Assembly: GCF_947568905.1 (NCBI RefSeq)
Contig: NC_079170.1
Coordinates: 15,252,001-15,316,000, forward strand
DNA from: Ostrea edulis
Lineage: Eukaryota
DNA: 64,000 nt
Direction: 5' to 3'
Part shown: positions 14,301 to 25,771 of the stretch, piece after piece
Numbering within the stretch: position 1 is the stretch's first letter
Layout: every line of letters starts with the position of its first letter
Notes under the pieces: generated by a model
The model's database searches: none
What the model was told of the DNA's origin: nothing
Seen by the model: the letters and a program-made list of their open reading frames with translations, nothing else
Made by a program: the position numbers and the translations under genes

Positions 14301-17300
14301 ACAGGTGTATAAGAATGTGAGTTTGTCTCATCTCGTCTACTGACAGGTGTATAAGAATGTGAGTTTGTCTCATCTCGTCTACTGACAGGTGTATAAGAAT
14401 GTGAGTTTGTCTCATCTCATCTACTGACAGGTGTATAAGAATGTGATGTTGTCTCATCTTGTCTAATGACAGGTGTATAAGAATGTGAGTTTGTCTCATC
14501 TCGTCTACTGACAAGTGTATAAGAATGTGAGTTTGTCTCATCTCATCTACTGACAGGTGTATAAGAATGTGAGTTTGTCTCATCTCATCTACTGACAGGT
14601 GTATAAGAATGTGAGTTTGTTTTATTTCATCTACTGACAGGTGTATAAGAATGTGAGTTTGTTTTATTTCATCTACTGACAGGTGTATAAGAATGTGAGT
14701 TTGTTTCATCTCGTCTACTGACAGGTGTATAAGAATGTGAGTTTGTCTCATCTCGTCTACTGACAGGTGTATAAGAATGTGAGTTTGTCTCATCTCATCT
14801 ACTGACAAGTGTATAAGAATGTGATGTTGTCTCATCTTGTCTAATGACAGGTGTATAAGAATGTGAGTTTGTTTCATCTCGTCTACTGACAAGTGTATAA
14901 GAATGTGAGTTTGTCTCATCTCATCTACTGACAGGTGTATAAGAATGTGAGTTTGTCTCATCTTGTCTAATGACAGGTGTATAAGAATGCGAGTTTGTCT
15001 CATCTCGTCTACTGACAGGTGTATAAGAATGTGAGTTTGTCTCATCTCATCTACTGACAGGTGTATAAGAATGTGATGTTGTCTCATCTCATCTACTGAC
15101 AGGTGTATAAGAATGTGATGTTGTTTCATCTCATTTACTGACAGGTGTATAAGAATGTGAGTTTGTCTCATCTCATCTACTGACAGGTGTATAAGAATGT
15201 GAGTTTGTTTCATCTCGTCTACTGACAGGTGTATAAGAATGTGAGTTTGTCTCATCTCGTCTACTGACAGGTGTATACAAATGTGAGTTTGTCTCATCTT
15301 GTCTAATGACAGGTGTATAAGAATGTGAGTTTGTCTCATCTTGTCTAATGACAGGTGTATAAGAATGTGAGTTTGTCTCATCTCATCTACTGACAGGTGT
15401 ATAAGAATGTGAGTTTGTCTCATCTCATCTACTGACAGGTGTATAAGAATGTGAGTTTGTCTCATCTAGTGACAGGTGTATAAGAATGTGAGTTTGTCTC
15501 ATCTCGTCTACTGACAGGTGTATAAGAATGCGAGTTTGTCTCATCTCATCTACTGACAGGTGTATAAGAATGTGAGTTTCTCATCTCGTCTACTGACAGG
15601 TGTATAAGAATGTGAGTTTCTCATCTCGTCTACTGACAGGTGTATAAGAATGTGAGTTTGTCTCATCTCATCTACTGACAGGTGTATAAGAATGTGATGT
15701 TGTCTCATCTTGTCTAATGACAGGTGTATAAGAATGTGAGTTTGTTTCATCTCGTCTACTGACAAGTGTATAAGAATGTGAGTTTGTCTCATCTCATCTA
15801 CTGACAGGTGTATAAGAATGTGAGTTTGTTTCATCTCATCTACTGACAGGTGTATAAGAATGTGAGTTTGTTTCATCTCGTCTACTGACAGGTGTATAAG
15901 AATGTGAGTTTGTCTCATCTCGTCTACTGACAGGTGTATAAGAATGTGAGTTTGTCTCATCTCGTCTACTGACAGGTGTATAAGAATGTGAGTTTGTCTC
16001 ATCTCATCTACTGACAAGTGTATAAGAATGTGATGTTGTCTCATCTTGTCTAATGACAGGTGTATAAGAATGTGAGTTTGTTTCATCTCGTCTACTGACA
16101 AGTGTATAAGAATGTGAGTTTGTCTCATCTCATCTACTGACAGGTGTATAAGAATGTGAGTTTGTCTCATCTTGTCTAATGACAGGTGTATAAGAATGCG
16201 AGTTTCTCATCTCGTCTACTGACAGGTGTATAAGAATGTGAGTTTGTCTCATCTCATCTACTGACAGGTGTATAAGAATGTGATGTTGTCTCATCTCATC
16301 TACTGACAGGTGTATAAGAATGTGATGTTGTTTCATCTCATTTACTGACAGGTGTATAAGAATGTGAGTTTGTCTCATCTCATCTACTGACAGGTGTATA
16401 AGAATGTGAGTTTGTTTCATCTCGTCTACTGACAGGTGTATAAGAATGTGAGTTTGTCTCATCTCGTCTACTGACAGGTGTATACAAATGTGAGTTTGTC
16501 TCATCTTGTCTAATGACAGGTGTATAAGAATGTGAGTTTGTCTCATCTTGTCTAATGACAGGTGTATAAGAATGTGAGTTTGTCTCATCTCATCTACTGA
16601 CAGGTGTATAAGAATGTGAGTTTGTCTCATCTCATCTACTGACAGGTGTATAAGAATGTGAGTTTGTCTCATCTAGTGACAGGTGTATAAGAATGTGAGT
16701 TTGTCTCATCTCGTCTACTGACAGGTGTATAAGAATGCGAGTTTGTCTCATCTCATCTACTGACAGGTGTATAAGAATGTGAGTTTCTCATCTCGTCTAC
16801 TGACAGGTGTATAAGAATGTGAGTTTGTCTCATCTCATCTACTGACAGGTGTATAAGAATGTGAGTTTCTCATCTCGTCTACTGACAGGTGTATAAGAAT
16901 GTGAGTTTGTCTCATCTCATCTACTGACAGGTGTATAAGAATGTGATGTTGTCTCATCTTGTCTAATGACAGGTGTATAAGAATGTGAGTTTGTTTCATC
17001 TCGTCTACTGACAAGTGTATAAGAATGTGAGTTTGTCTCATCTCATCTACTGACAGGTGTATAAGAATGTGAGTTTGTCTCATCTCATCTACTGACAGGT
17101 GTATAAGAATGTGAGTTTGTTTCATCTCGTCTACTGACAGGTGTATAAGAATGTGAGTTTGTCTCATCTCGTCTACTGACAGGTGTATAAGAATGTGAGT
17201 TTGTCTCATCTCGTCTACTGACAGGTGTATAAGAATGTGAGTTTGTCTCATCTCATCTACTGACAAGTGTATAAGAATGTGATGTTGTCTCATCTTGTCT

Positions 17301-20300
17301 AATGACAGGTGTATAAGAATGTGAGTTTGTTTCATCTCGTCTACTGACAAGTGTATAAGAATGTGAGTTTGTCTCATCTCATCTACTGACAGGTGTATAA
17401 GAATGTGAGTTTGTCTCATCTTGTCTAATGACAGGTGTATAAGAATGCGAGTTTCTCATCTCGTCTACTGACAGGTGTATAAGAATGTGAGTTTGTCTCA
17501 TCTCATCTACTGACAGGTGTATAAGAATGTGATGTTGTCTCATCTCATCTACTGACAGGTGTATAAGAATGTGATGTTGTTTCATCTCATTTACTGACAG
17601 GTGTATAAGAATGTGAGTTTGTCTCATCTCATCTACTGACAGGTGTATAAGAATGTGAGTTTGTTTCATCTCGTCTACTGACAGGTGTATAAGAATGTGA
17701 GTTTGTCTCATCTCGTCTACTGACAGGTGTATACAAATGTGAGTTTGTCTCATCTTGTCTAATGACAGGTGTATAAGAATGTGAGTTTGTCTCATCTTGT
17801 CTAATGACAGGTGTATAAGAATGTGAGTTTGTCTCATCTCATCTACTGACAGGTGTATAAGAATGTGAGTTTGTCTCATCTCATCTACTGACAGGTGTAT
17901 AAGAATGTGAGTTTGTCTCATCTCATCTACTGACAGGTGTATAAGAATGTGAGTTTGTCTCATCTCGTCTACTGACAGGTGTATAAGAATGTGAGTTTGT
18001 CTCATCTCATCTACTGACAAGTGTATAAGAATGTGATGTTGTCTCATCTTGTCTAATGACAGGTGTATAAGAATGTGAGTTTGTTTCATCTCGTCTACTG
18101 ACAAGTGTATAAGAATGTGAGTTTGTCTCATCTCATCTACTGACAGGTGTATAAGAATGTGAGTTTGTCTCATCTTGTCTAATGACAGGTGTATAAGAAT
18201 GCGAGTTTCTCATCTCGTCTACTGACAGGTGTATAAGAATGTGAGTTTGTCTCATCTCATCTACTGACAGGTGTATAAGAATGTGATGTTGTCTCATCTC
18301 ATCTACTGACAGGTGTATAAGAATGTGATGTTGTTTCATCTCATTTACTGACAGGTGTATAAGAATGTGAGTTTGTCTCATCTCATCTACTGACAGGTGT
18401 ATAAGAATGTGAGTTTGTTTCATCTCGTCTACTGACAGGTGTATAAGAATGTGAGTTTGTCTCATCTCGTCTACTGACAGGTGTATACAAATGTGAGTTT
18501 GTCTCATCTTGTCTAATGACAGGTGTATAAGAATGTGAGTTTGTCTCATCTTGTCTAATGACAGGTGTATAAGAATGTGAGTTTGTCTCATCTCATCTAC
18601 TGACAGGTGTATAAGAATGTGAGTTTGTCTCATCTCATCTACTGACAGGTGTATAAGAATGTGAGTTTGTCTCATCTCATCTACTGACAGGTGTATAAGA
18701 ATGTGAGTTTGTCTCATCTCGTCTACTGACAGGTGTATAAGAATGTGAGTTTGTCTCATCTCATCTACTGACAGGTGTATAAGAATGTGAGTTTCTCATC
18801 TCGTCTACTGACAGGTGTATAAGAATGTGATGTTGTCTCATCTTGTCTAATGACAAGTGTGTAAGAATGAGTTTGTCTCATCTCATCTACTGACAGGTGT
18901 ATAAGAATGTGAGGTTGTCTCATTTCGTCTAATGACAGGTGTCTAAGAATGTGAGTTTGTCTCATCTTGTCTAATGACAGGTGTATAAGAATGTGAGTTT
19001 GTTTCTCACCTAGACGATACTATAGTAGAATAGCAGTTGACTTTATAAATTTATAATAAGAGCGTAAACTGACTACAGAATTTGAAATATGAATTAATCA
19101 TAAAGTGAAAAAAATCACACATTCATAGATACTGTAATAATTACTAACATCAATTTTGTTAAGCGATATATACAGAAGGAAGGGGAGGGGTTTGCACACA
19201 ATCCAGCGGTCATGTGCCTGTGTGGCAGACAGGCACATAAATCATTTCCTAAATGTTTCCTTTAATCAATCAATAAATACCTTCTGCCATGGAATCTGTC
19301 AATTGTTCACCAATGGCAGCCAAAAGTAATTCTTTCCAAACTGACGGCTTGAAGAAACACATATGTACAAATAAGAAATAGGTAAACACATCGTTAGAAG
19401 ACATATTACTTACAATATTTACTTGTAACAAAATCATTTATTCAAATCAAGGTGCTGAATATTTCTTATCGTGATCAAAACGACTTGATTCTATCTTTAA
19501 TCATTACAATTTTATAAAGTAGAAGACAAACTAGTAGAAACATTTCCTTCTAGAAAGGGGGGGGGGGGAGTGTAAAATTTGGAACATTAAATCTCAACAG
19601 TTAACTCCTGGTTTCAAATTTAGAACACTTAAATTTCATCCAAATCTTGTAAGTAACCAACCGATTCATATTTGGAACACTTAAATCTTATAAGTAACTC
19701 ACCCAGTCCAATTTATAACATCCATATTTTGTAAGCAACTCAGCAAGTCTAGTTTACAACATACAAATCTTGTAATTAACTCATGGAGTCAATTTAAACC
19801 TCACAAATCTTGTATACAACTCAAGAAGTCTAATTTACATTTTACAAAATCTTGCAAGTTTAACTCACTGAGCTCAATTTTTGCAAATAACTCAGCGAGT
19901 CTAATTCTTGTAAATAACTCAGCGAGTCTAATTCTTGTAAATAACTCACCGAGTCTAATTTGGAACATTTTAATCTCCAACATCCCCCGAAACAGTTGGC
20001 TTTGTCCTCCCTAAAAGATATCACTTCATTACAACATGCCTGCCAATCAGAATCAAGAAAACATTGAGTGGAGCTTCTTTAACTGTCTTTATATGTTGTT
20101 ACTTTAGAACACGCAAACAAAATTAAATCTGCTGTTTAAAAATTCTTCAGAACTTTGTCTAAATGATTTTGCCAGAGTATTCGAAAATGAAGCAAGAGCT
20201 CCGCAAGGCAGGGCATATCCCCTCGCAATGAGTGTCTACAAGTTTTTTTCTCTGAACTCCTGCAATGACCTTAATACACCAATGTTGTCCAAGCTGAATG

Positions 20301-23300
20301 TATCACAGAAATGCTCATACTATGTTGAAAGTTTTCATAAACTAATTTCAAAACTTCAACATTATCAATATCTTTAGAAAATGTATAATCTATAATCTTT
20401 ATTTCCATGTTACATTTATACTGTAATAATTAACAGTAAACTACAAGAAAATTTACACGAAAAAGCCTCATTTCATTTGTATTTGATTTTAACAACATTA
20501 AGCAATTGCATTGATTTTATCGCTCGAGTCGGAACAAAACTGAACTCACCAGACAGGTCTGCGTTCATTCCTCATTAAGTGGTATGTATATCGAACATTT
20601 AATTTGTTTACTTCAGGAATGTTGTTATACACACTCCAGAAACCCTGGAAAAAACATACAGCAGAAAATCAGAGGACATAAATCCTCTCAGCAGCATGAA
20701 TACACACATTTCTCACAAGACGATAAAATAAACAAACTACTTTTAAAATGATCCAATGTCGGTGAGTACTGAATTGTTTGTATATTTTAAAATAGCATTG
20801 ACACTTTAAAATATTTAAAGCAGTCAAATTTCAGAATTAGATCATGGATTCTAATAGAATAACTAGCACTACATTGTTTTATTACCAGACTTGACCTAGA
20901 AATGGCAGTTTTAACTGTTTGGAATAGAGAGATAAAACTATACATAATAGGCATTTTTATATTTACTTGAAACAGTATATGTTATCTCAGGGAAACCCGA
21001 TAAACAAACACAGCATTTCCATTGCTTGGATAAAGTAAATATAAACAGACAGATGGATGGACCAAAAACTATTTGCTCCTGAATCTCCAATGATGTGGGC
21101 ATCAGAAACATTTTCCGCCAATCTAATTAAAATTAGACCTTTCATCTCGCTCTTCCGTTATCTGTTTGTCACCCTTTCACGAGCGACAAACAGATAACGA
21201 CGAGCAAGATGAAAGGTCTAATTTTAATTAGATTGATTTTCCTCTCAATCTGCTATAGATATATATAGGGTCCTAACTCTGCAGCTCCATCTCGTGACAT
21301 AAACTGAAGCCACTATATATGACTTTGTAACTACTTTGTTCCATAAATTACTGCAAGAAAACGGTACATTAAAGTGTCTAGTTCAGTATACAGCTTACCT
21401 GCACAGTGTCTAGTTCTGTATAAGCTTACCTGCACAGTGTCTATTTCTGTATAAGCTTACCTGCACGGTGTCTAGTTCAGTATACAGCTTACCTGCACAG
21501 TGTCTAGTTCTGAATACAGCTTACCTGCACAGTGTCTATTTCTGTATAAGCTTACCTGCACGGTGTCTATTTCTGTATAAGCTTACCTGCACGGTGTCTA
21601 TTTCTGTATAAGCTTACCTGCACGGTGTCTATTTCTGTATAAGCTTACCTGCACAGTGTCTATTTCTGTATAAGCTTACCTGCACAGTGTCTATTTCTGT
21701 ATAAGCTTACCTGCACAGTGTCTAGTTCAGTATACAGCTTACCTGCACAGTGTCTAGTTCTGTATAAGCTTACCTGCACAGTGTCTATTTCTGTATAAGC
21801 TTACCTGCACAGTGTCTATTTCTGTATAAGCTTACCTGCACAGTGTCTAGTTCAGTATACAGCTTACCTGCACGGTGCTCACGGTGTACAGTTTGCGTAT
21901 ACTGGCCTCGTATTGAGCTGCTGAGGATCCTGGGATGGACCTGAAAATAGACACAATGAAATTTAGCTACCATAGAGGGGATGAAGTTCAACCTTTCTTC
22001 ATTTTACAACAACTGATGAACAAGATTTAATACCTAATATAAGTGTGGCTTATTAACATTGATGAGGGTGTGATTATTAATGGAAATTAAAGTCAGGCAT
22101 GTTAACTCGTCACAGTCTCACTATGATGTAGTACAAGGTTTTGAAAGTCTATTTAAAATAATCAATTACATGTCATGCTCATAAAATCTCATGGTGTGCA
22201 GTTCTTTCACATTTTTACTTTTCATGTTTCCCCAAAACCCATTGCTTACATATTGTAGAATGACAAATTCATTTCTTTTTCATTATGAGAATGGATGCAT
22301 TGATTTTTTAAGGCCCATTTTGGATCTGAATTTCGGCCCTTTCCCCTCCTAAAAATTGTAATTCCCCCCCCCCCCCTCCCCCCAATTTAGCTTGCATTTT
22401 TCCCAATAATAAAATTCTGAAAGAAAAACATATTTTAAAAAAATGAACATTCGATGTGAATTATATACATACGACTTAACAAAGAGTTATGGGAATGATG
22501 ATTTGGATGGAATAGTTGAAATTTTTAGAAGGTTAAAGAAAATCAGATGGGTAAAATAAAGATGATAAAATGTTTGATATGATTTTAAAACTTATTTACG
22601 ATAAAATTGATTTTTCCCAATTTGACCGAAATGTCAAATTTTTTTCCCAATTTGAAAGCCACAGGACCATTGTAAAAAATGTAGAAAAATCACTGGGATG
22701 AATTAATGAAAAATTGATACAAATTCTAGAATTCAAAGTTTGTTGCTGTAGATGGCAATTGCTAGTCTTTTGCCCAGTTTTTGATCATGGCTAGTTCTGA
22801 ATCATTTTGTAATTAATATTTAAAAATACTTAATTATTGAAATGATTTCTACTTAGAAAAGTAAATCACACTAAAAATGATTACTGAGGGATACAGAACT
22901 GTTGTAATTTATATACAACCCAGGTTAACTACTTGTCTCACTTCTTTTAATGAATAAAAATTCAACATCTTGGGTCGTTTACACATTTAGGAAAAAATAG
23001 TGCCGGAGGGAAAAATTGTCTACAGGTAGTTAAAGTATAAGTACGTTTTCTGCACATAAATGCATTTAACTAATACATATCTTTCAGCAACAGCATCAAT
23101 AAATATTTCTTCAGAGAGTGTATTATTGTAGTCGAGATGCCTTACCAAAGTAACACCATCTGCTGGCAGTCACGTCAACTGTTGTCATATGCAACATTTT
23201 GAACTTAGTTTTAAACTTTGAGCAATCTAGGATTTATAAAAGTATTGTCAGATATAATATGGATACTTTTTTAAACACAATAAAATAAAAAATTTCCTGA

Positions 23301-24646
23301 TTACCAGAGTGAATAAATCAGAAAATCGGGACAATAAATATACACTGCACTTGTATTGCATCTAGACTCACTTCTTGAAATCGATATTTAAAAAGCATAC
23401 TGTAGTTTATTCAACTTTAGTGTATCAATTTTATGCCTTCATTATTTTCCCAAGCTTCCCACTGTCACCAACACAACTAGAAAATGGTGAGGATTGTTAA
23501 ATCCCTTATAGATATGATGTTATGTCATAAACATACTTGGAAAAGATTAAATTATTAATGCTATGCCTAAATGTGAAGCTTCGAATATTGTTCAATATAA
23601 TGTCAATAAGGTAAAAATCAATTTAAAAACTAGTGTCTGATTGTTTTTATTTCAGAACTAGAGAAACTAGTTATATCTTATGCGGAATAAACATACACAC
23701 ATACTGATTTAAAGTTTAGGAACGATTGAAAGTCGGATCAGTCAACTTTCGAATCGGTCTGCAAACATTTCAAACATCTCCACGATTCAGAACCGGCAGC
23801 ATGATTCGGAACTGACAAATGAACTCGGTTATGATTTTCAGATAATCTAATTATATATTTTTCATTAGAGTAACTTCTGATCTTCTCACAAGTCAAGTTG
23901 AAACCTAAATTATCTTTATGGATTATACCGTCAGCAATCTTTAATGAAAATGTGATCCGGAACTGGGTCATAGACTGAACCAGTTTGATAAAGTTCTCGG
24001 TCTGGAAAGTGATTACTCTCTCCTACAAAACAGCTCTATCCTTGACATGTAATTTGGCTGAGTTATTCGGTATGACACCCTACCGCATCACACTTTCTCC
24101 AGGATGACTATTAATGCTGGATCCACAGGCAATTGTATCGCTTGGGTTCGAATTTACTATTACAATGCAATCTTTGATAGTAAAATTCGAACCCAAGCGA
24201 TACAATCAGTTGATAATATGGCAAGCCTGTGGCTGGATCTAATGACTATGGTCAGGCTTGGTGACAAACTGAAAAATGCCATGCGATGTCTTGTATTGCC
24301 TCGCATACAGTTATTAATCCTACAGTTCACACACTTTTTATAAATTTTAATTCATTTAAGATTGTATTATTTAACTTCTCTTTAACATTTGTCAATCAAT
24401 TTGTCTTCCACTTGGCCTCGTGAACAACGCCAAACAGAAAGTAGGGCAATGCCGTCCACCGACTTATTACAGGAATTCAAGTAATTACTTATCAAGCCAG
24501 AATGTCCAAGGCGTGTTTAGGGGGACCCCCGTCTGTTCCGAGGAATGGATCTCACTGATGGCCGATCTCGGGAGCTGGGGACTGCCGACTGCACGAGTCT
24601 CGGTCGTTTTTACGCAGTCTACCGACTGAAGGCTCGATACCGCCAT
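8275..24646 (-). CDS. EIF4E3: Eukaryotic translation initiation factor 4E family member 3 (class III), spliced CDS of 7 exons, 222 aa
   Basis: join(24646-24489, 21940-21868, 20644-20550, 20010-19950, 19347-19281, 12866-12711, 8333-8275) = 669 nt. All introns are GT-AG with compatible phases. The protein contains [51 protein letters not shown] and IEIWN...FYK...HQAFE, collinear with vertebrate eIF4E3. Confidence 0.95.
8627..8957. mobile_element. Non-autonomous TIR element with probable 5-bp TSD
   Basis: CAGTGTTAAATCTA..TAGATTTGACACTA; AATAA on both sides. Confidence 0.55.
9361..10196 (+). mobile_element. Helentron/HINE-type element with four ~160-bp satellite-like units
   Basis: AGCCGAGTTGCA / TGCAACTCGGCT subterminal inverted repeats; GGTCACTGTGACCTTGACC units at ~9504, 9659, 9820, 9981; (CCCG)n tract. 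Confidence 0.7.
10375..12428. mobile_element. Kolobok-like non-autonomous DNA transposon carrying a nested Helentron-type element
   Basis: TTAA|GGTAAGGTTTGCAAC ... GTCGCAAACCTTTCC|TTAA (13/15 inverted match, RR..YY termini, TTAA TSD). Confidence 0.65.
10980..11550 (+). mobile_element. Helentron/HINE-type element with ~145-bp internal repeats
   Basis: Subterminal ATACGCCCGT, GACCTTGACCTTTGACC units, (GACA/GACG)n tract, 3' hairpin CCCGTCTTCGACGGG, A-tract. Confidence 0.65.
12711..12866 (-). CDS. EIF4E3: EIF4E3 coding exon 6
   Basis: gtgtgtag|GA+[51 protein letters not shown]+G|gtaagg; lies inside ORF 12667-12930. Confidence 0.95.
13857..19008. repeat. 42-bp tandem satellite (~120 monomers) with higher-order structure, in EIF4E3 intron 5
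   Basis: Monomer GTGTATAAGAATGTGAGTTTGTCTCATCTCRTCTACTGACAG, with 40-, 36- and 35-bp variants. Confidence 0.97.
19281..19347 (-). CDS. EIF4E3: EIF4E3 coding exon 5
   Basis: ttcttcaag|[22 protein letters not shown]+G|gtattt. Confidence 0.95.
19570..19970 (-). repeat. Degenerate ~27-bp-based repeat derived from the EIF4E3 exon 4 / donor junction
   Basis: TAAATAACTCAGCGAGTCTAATTCTTG copies next to the real AATAACTCACCGAGTCTAATT junction; more diverged copies further away. Confidence 0.75.
19950..20010 (-). CDS. EIF4E3: EIF4E3 coding exon 4
   Basis: cttttag|G+[20 protein letters not shown]|gtgagt. Confidence 0.92.
20550..20644 (-). CDS. EIF4E3: EIF4E3 coding exon 3
   Basis: ttttccag|[31 protein letters not shown]+TG|gtgagt. 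Confidence 0.95.
21118..21236. mobile_element. Short foldback element, NCAATCTRATTAAAATYAG terminus family
   Basis: 119-bp near-perfect palindrome; flanks TTTTCCG/TTTTCCT. Confidence 0.75.
21374..21868 (-). repeat. 31/32-bp minisatellite (16 units) built from the EIF4E3 exon 2 donor site
   Basis: Sense unit GTGCAG|GTAAGCTTATACAGAAATAGACACT. Confidence 0.95.
21868..21940 (-). CDS. EIF4E3: EIF4E3 coding exon 2
   Basis: ttttcag|G+[24 protein letters not shown]|gtaagc. Confidence 0.92.
22298..22695. mobile_element. Non-autonomous TIR element with 5-bp TSD (hAT5-like)
   Basis: Termini CA(T)TGATTTTT..AAAAATCACTG; GGATG duplicated; same family as 53159-53921. Confidence 0.7.
24489..24646 (-). CDS. 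EIF4E3: EIF4E3 coding exon 1
   Basis: [52 protein letters not shown]+AA, donor GTAATT. Confidence 0.9.
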
Positions 24647-24669
24647 CACGAACCAAGACCGCAATCAGA

Positions 24670-24747
24670 TCATGTGATCAAAACAAATGACGTCGAAAGC
24701 GCTTTTGTACTATTCGGAAAATCCTCGGGTCGATAATTTGGCGCCAT
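24670..24747 (-). promoter_or_regulatory. Candidate uORF / YY1-like motif in the EIF4E3 5' region
   Basis: AAGATGGCG (strong Kozak context, also YY1-like) opens a 25-codon ORF, MAPNYRPEDFPNSTKALSTSFVLIT*, ending 23 nt before the main ATG. The TSS is unknown. Confidence 0.4.
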
Positions 24748-25709
24748 CTTTCAAGATTTTTTCCTAGGTGGATCTAATACGCGTGTATAAGCTTCCTTTT
24801 TCCTAGTAGAAGTGTAAAGGGGGTAAAGAGCAAGTACAGGTCGAAGGGGGGAAAAAACGTACGGAAAAGATTAATTAGATTGCCGTGTCACCATGGTAGA
24901 TACATGTAGAAATGTAGAGAAAGTTGATGAAACTTGTAAAGTGAGGACTATTTTTAAAAAACCATTTTACGGAAGTTGTGAGGACAGTTCTAAGTGCACT
25001 ATGAGGACAACAATTTTGTGCTTACGGCTACGTCTCCAAAATGTGACCCACAAAATTTGAAAGTTATTAAGATTAGTGGGGGACAAGTGGTGTGGGGACA
25101 TGTCCTTACTGATATTCTCTATCAAAACCCTTTTTTTCTTCGCAATTTGAAAGAGAGATAAACTTTTATAGGTGTCCCTATAGCTATGTATTTTGCCTTT
25201 ACAATAACATATGTGTGTATTCTCTTCTAGAGACACTGTTGTATTTCCATTCATGTGCCCAAAATTGACAATCATACTCAAATATATGCAATGGATATCA
25301 ATTAAGAGATCACATGCGCCTGAAGGTTGGAGAGCGTGTATAGATCTTAATATGTACATACCCCCCCCCCCCCCCCAACTACCCAGAAAAAAAAATTGAA
25401 CCAATAATTTATCCATAAATGTTATTTCCTCGCCAATCACCTTCACAAGTGGTTTTAAATAGTAATTTTCTTCTTTCTGCAAGTTTTTTATATGACCACT
25501 TCTGAGATACTAAATATATATATACATGTACATGTATTTACATTAGGTCAAGAGGAGGGTATGTACATACGATCTCTTCACGCTATCCACACTTCAGGTG
25601 TCTGTACCGTATATAATGAAAAGGACTGATAATACACAAGGCCATTTCATATTGATCTGAACAAATCTTTTAAACTAGTTTGTATGTACATATGTATGTT
25701 GCAGACAAG

Positions 25710-25769
<60 letters not shown>

Positions 25770-25771
<2 letters not shown>

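Noticed and set aside
13792-18965. Long ([14 protein letters not shown])n ORFs up to 557 aa as protein-coding genes
   Set aside because: They result from a 42-bp (multiple of 3) satellite in an EIF4E3 intron; 40-bp variants break the frame repeatedly and there is no unique coding flank.
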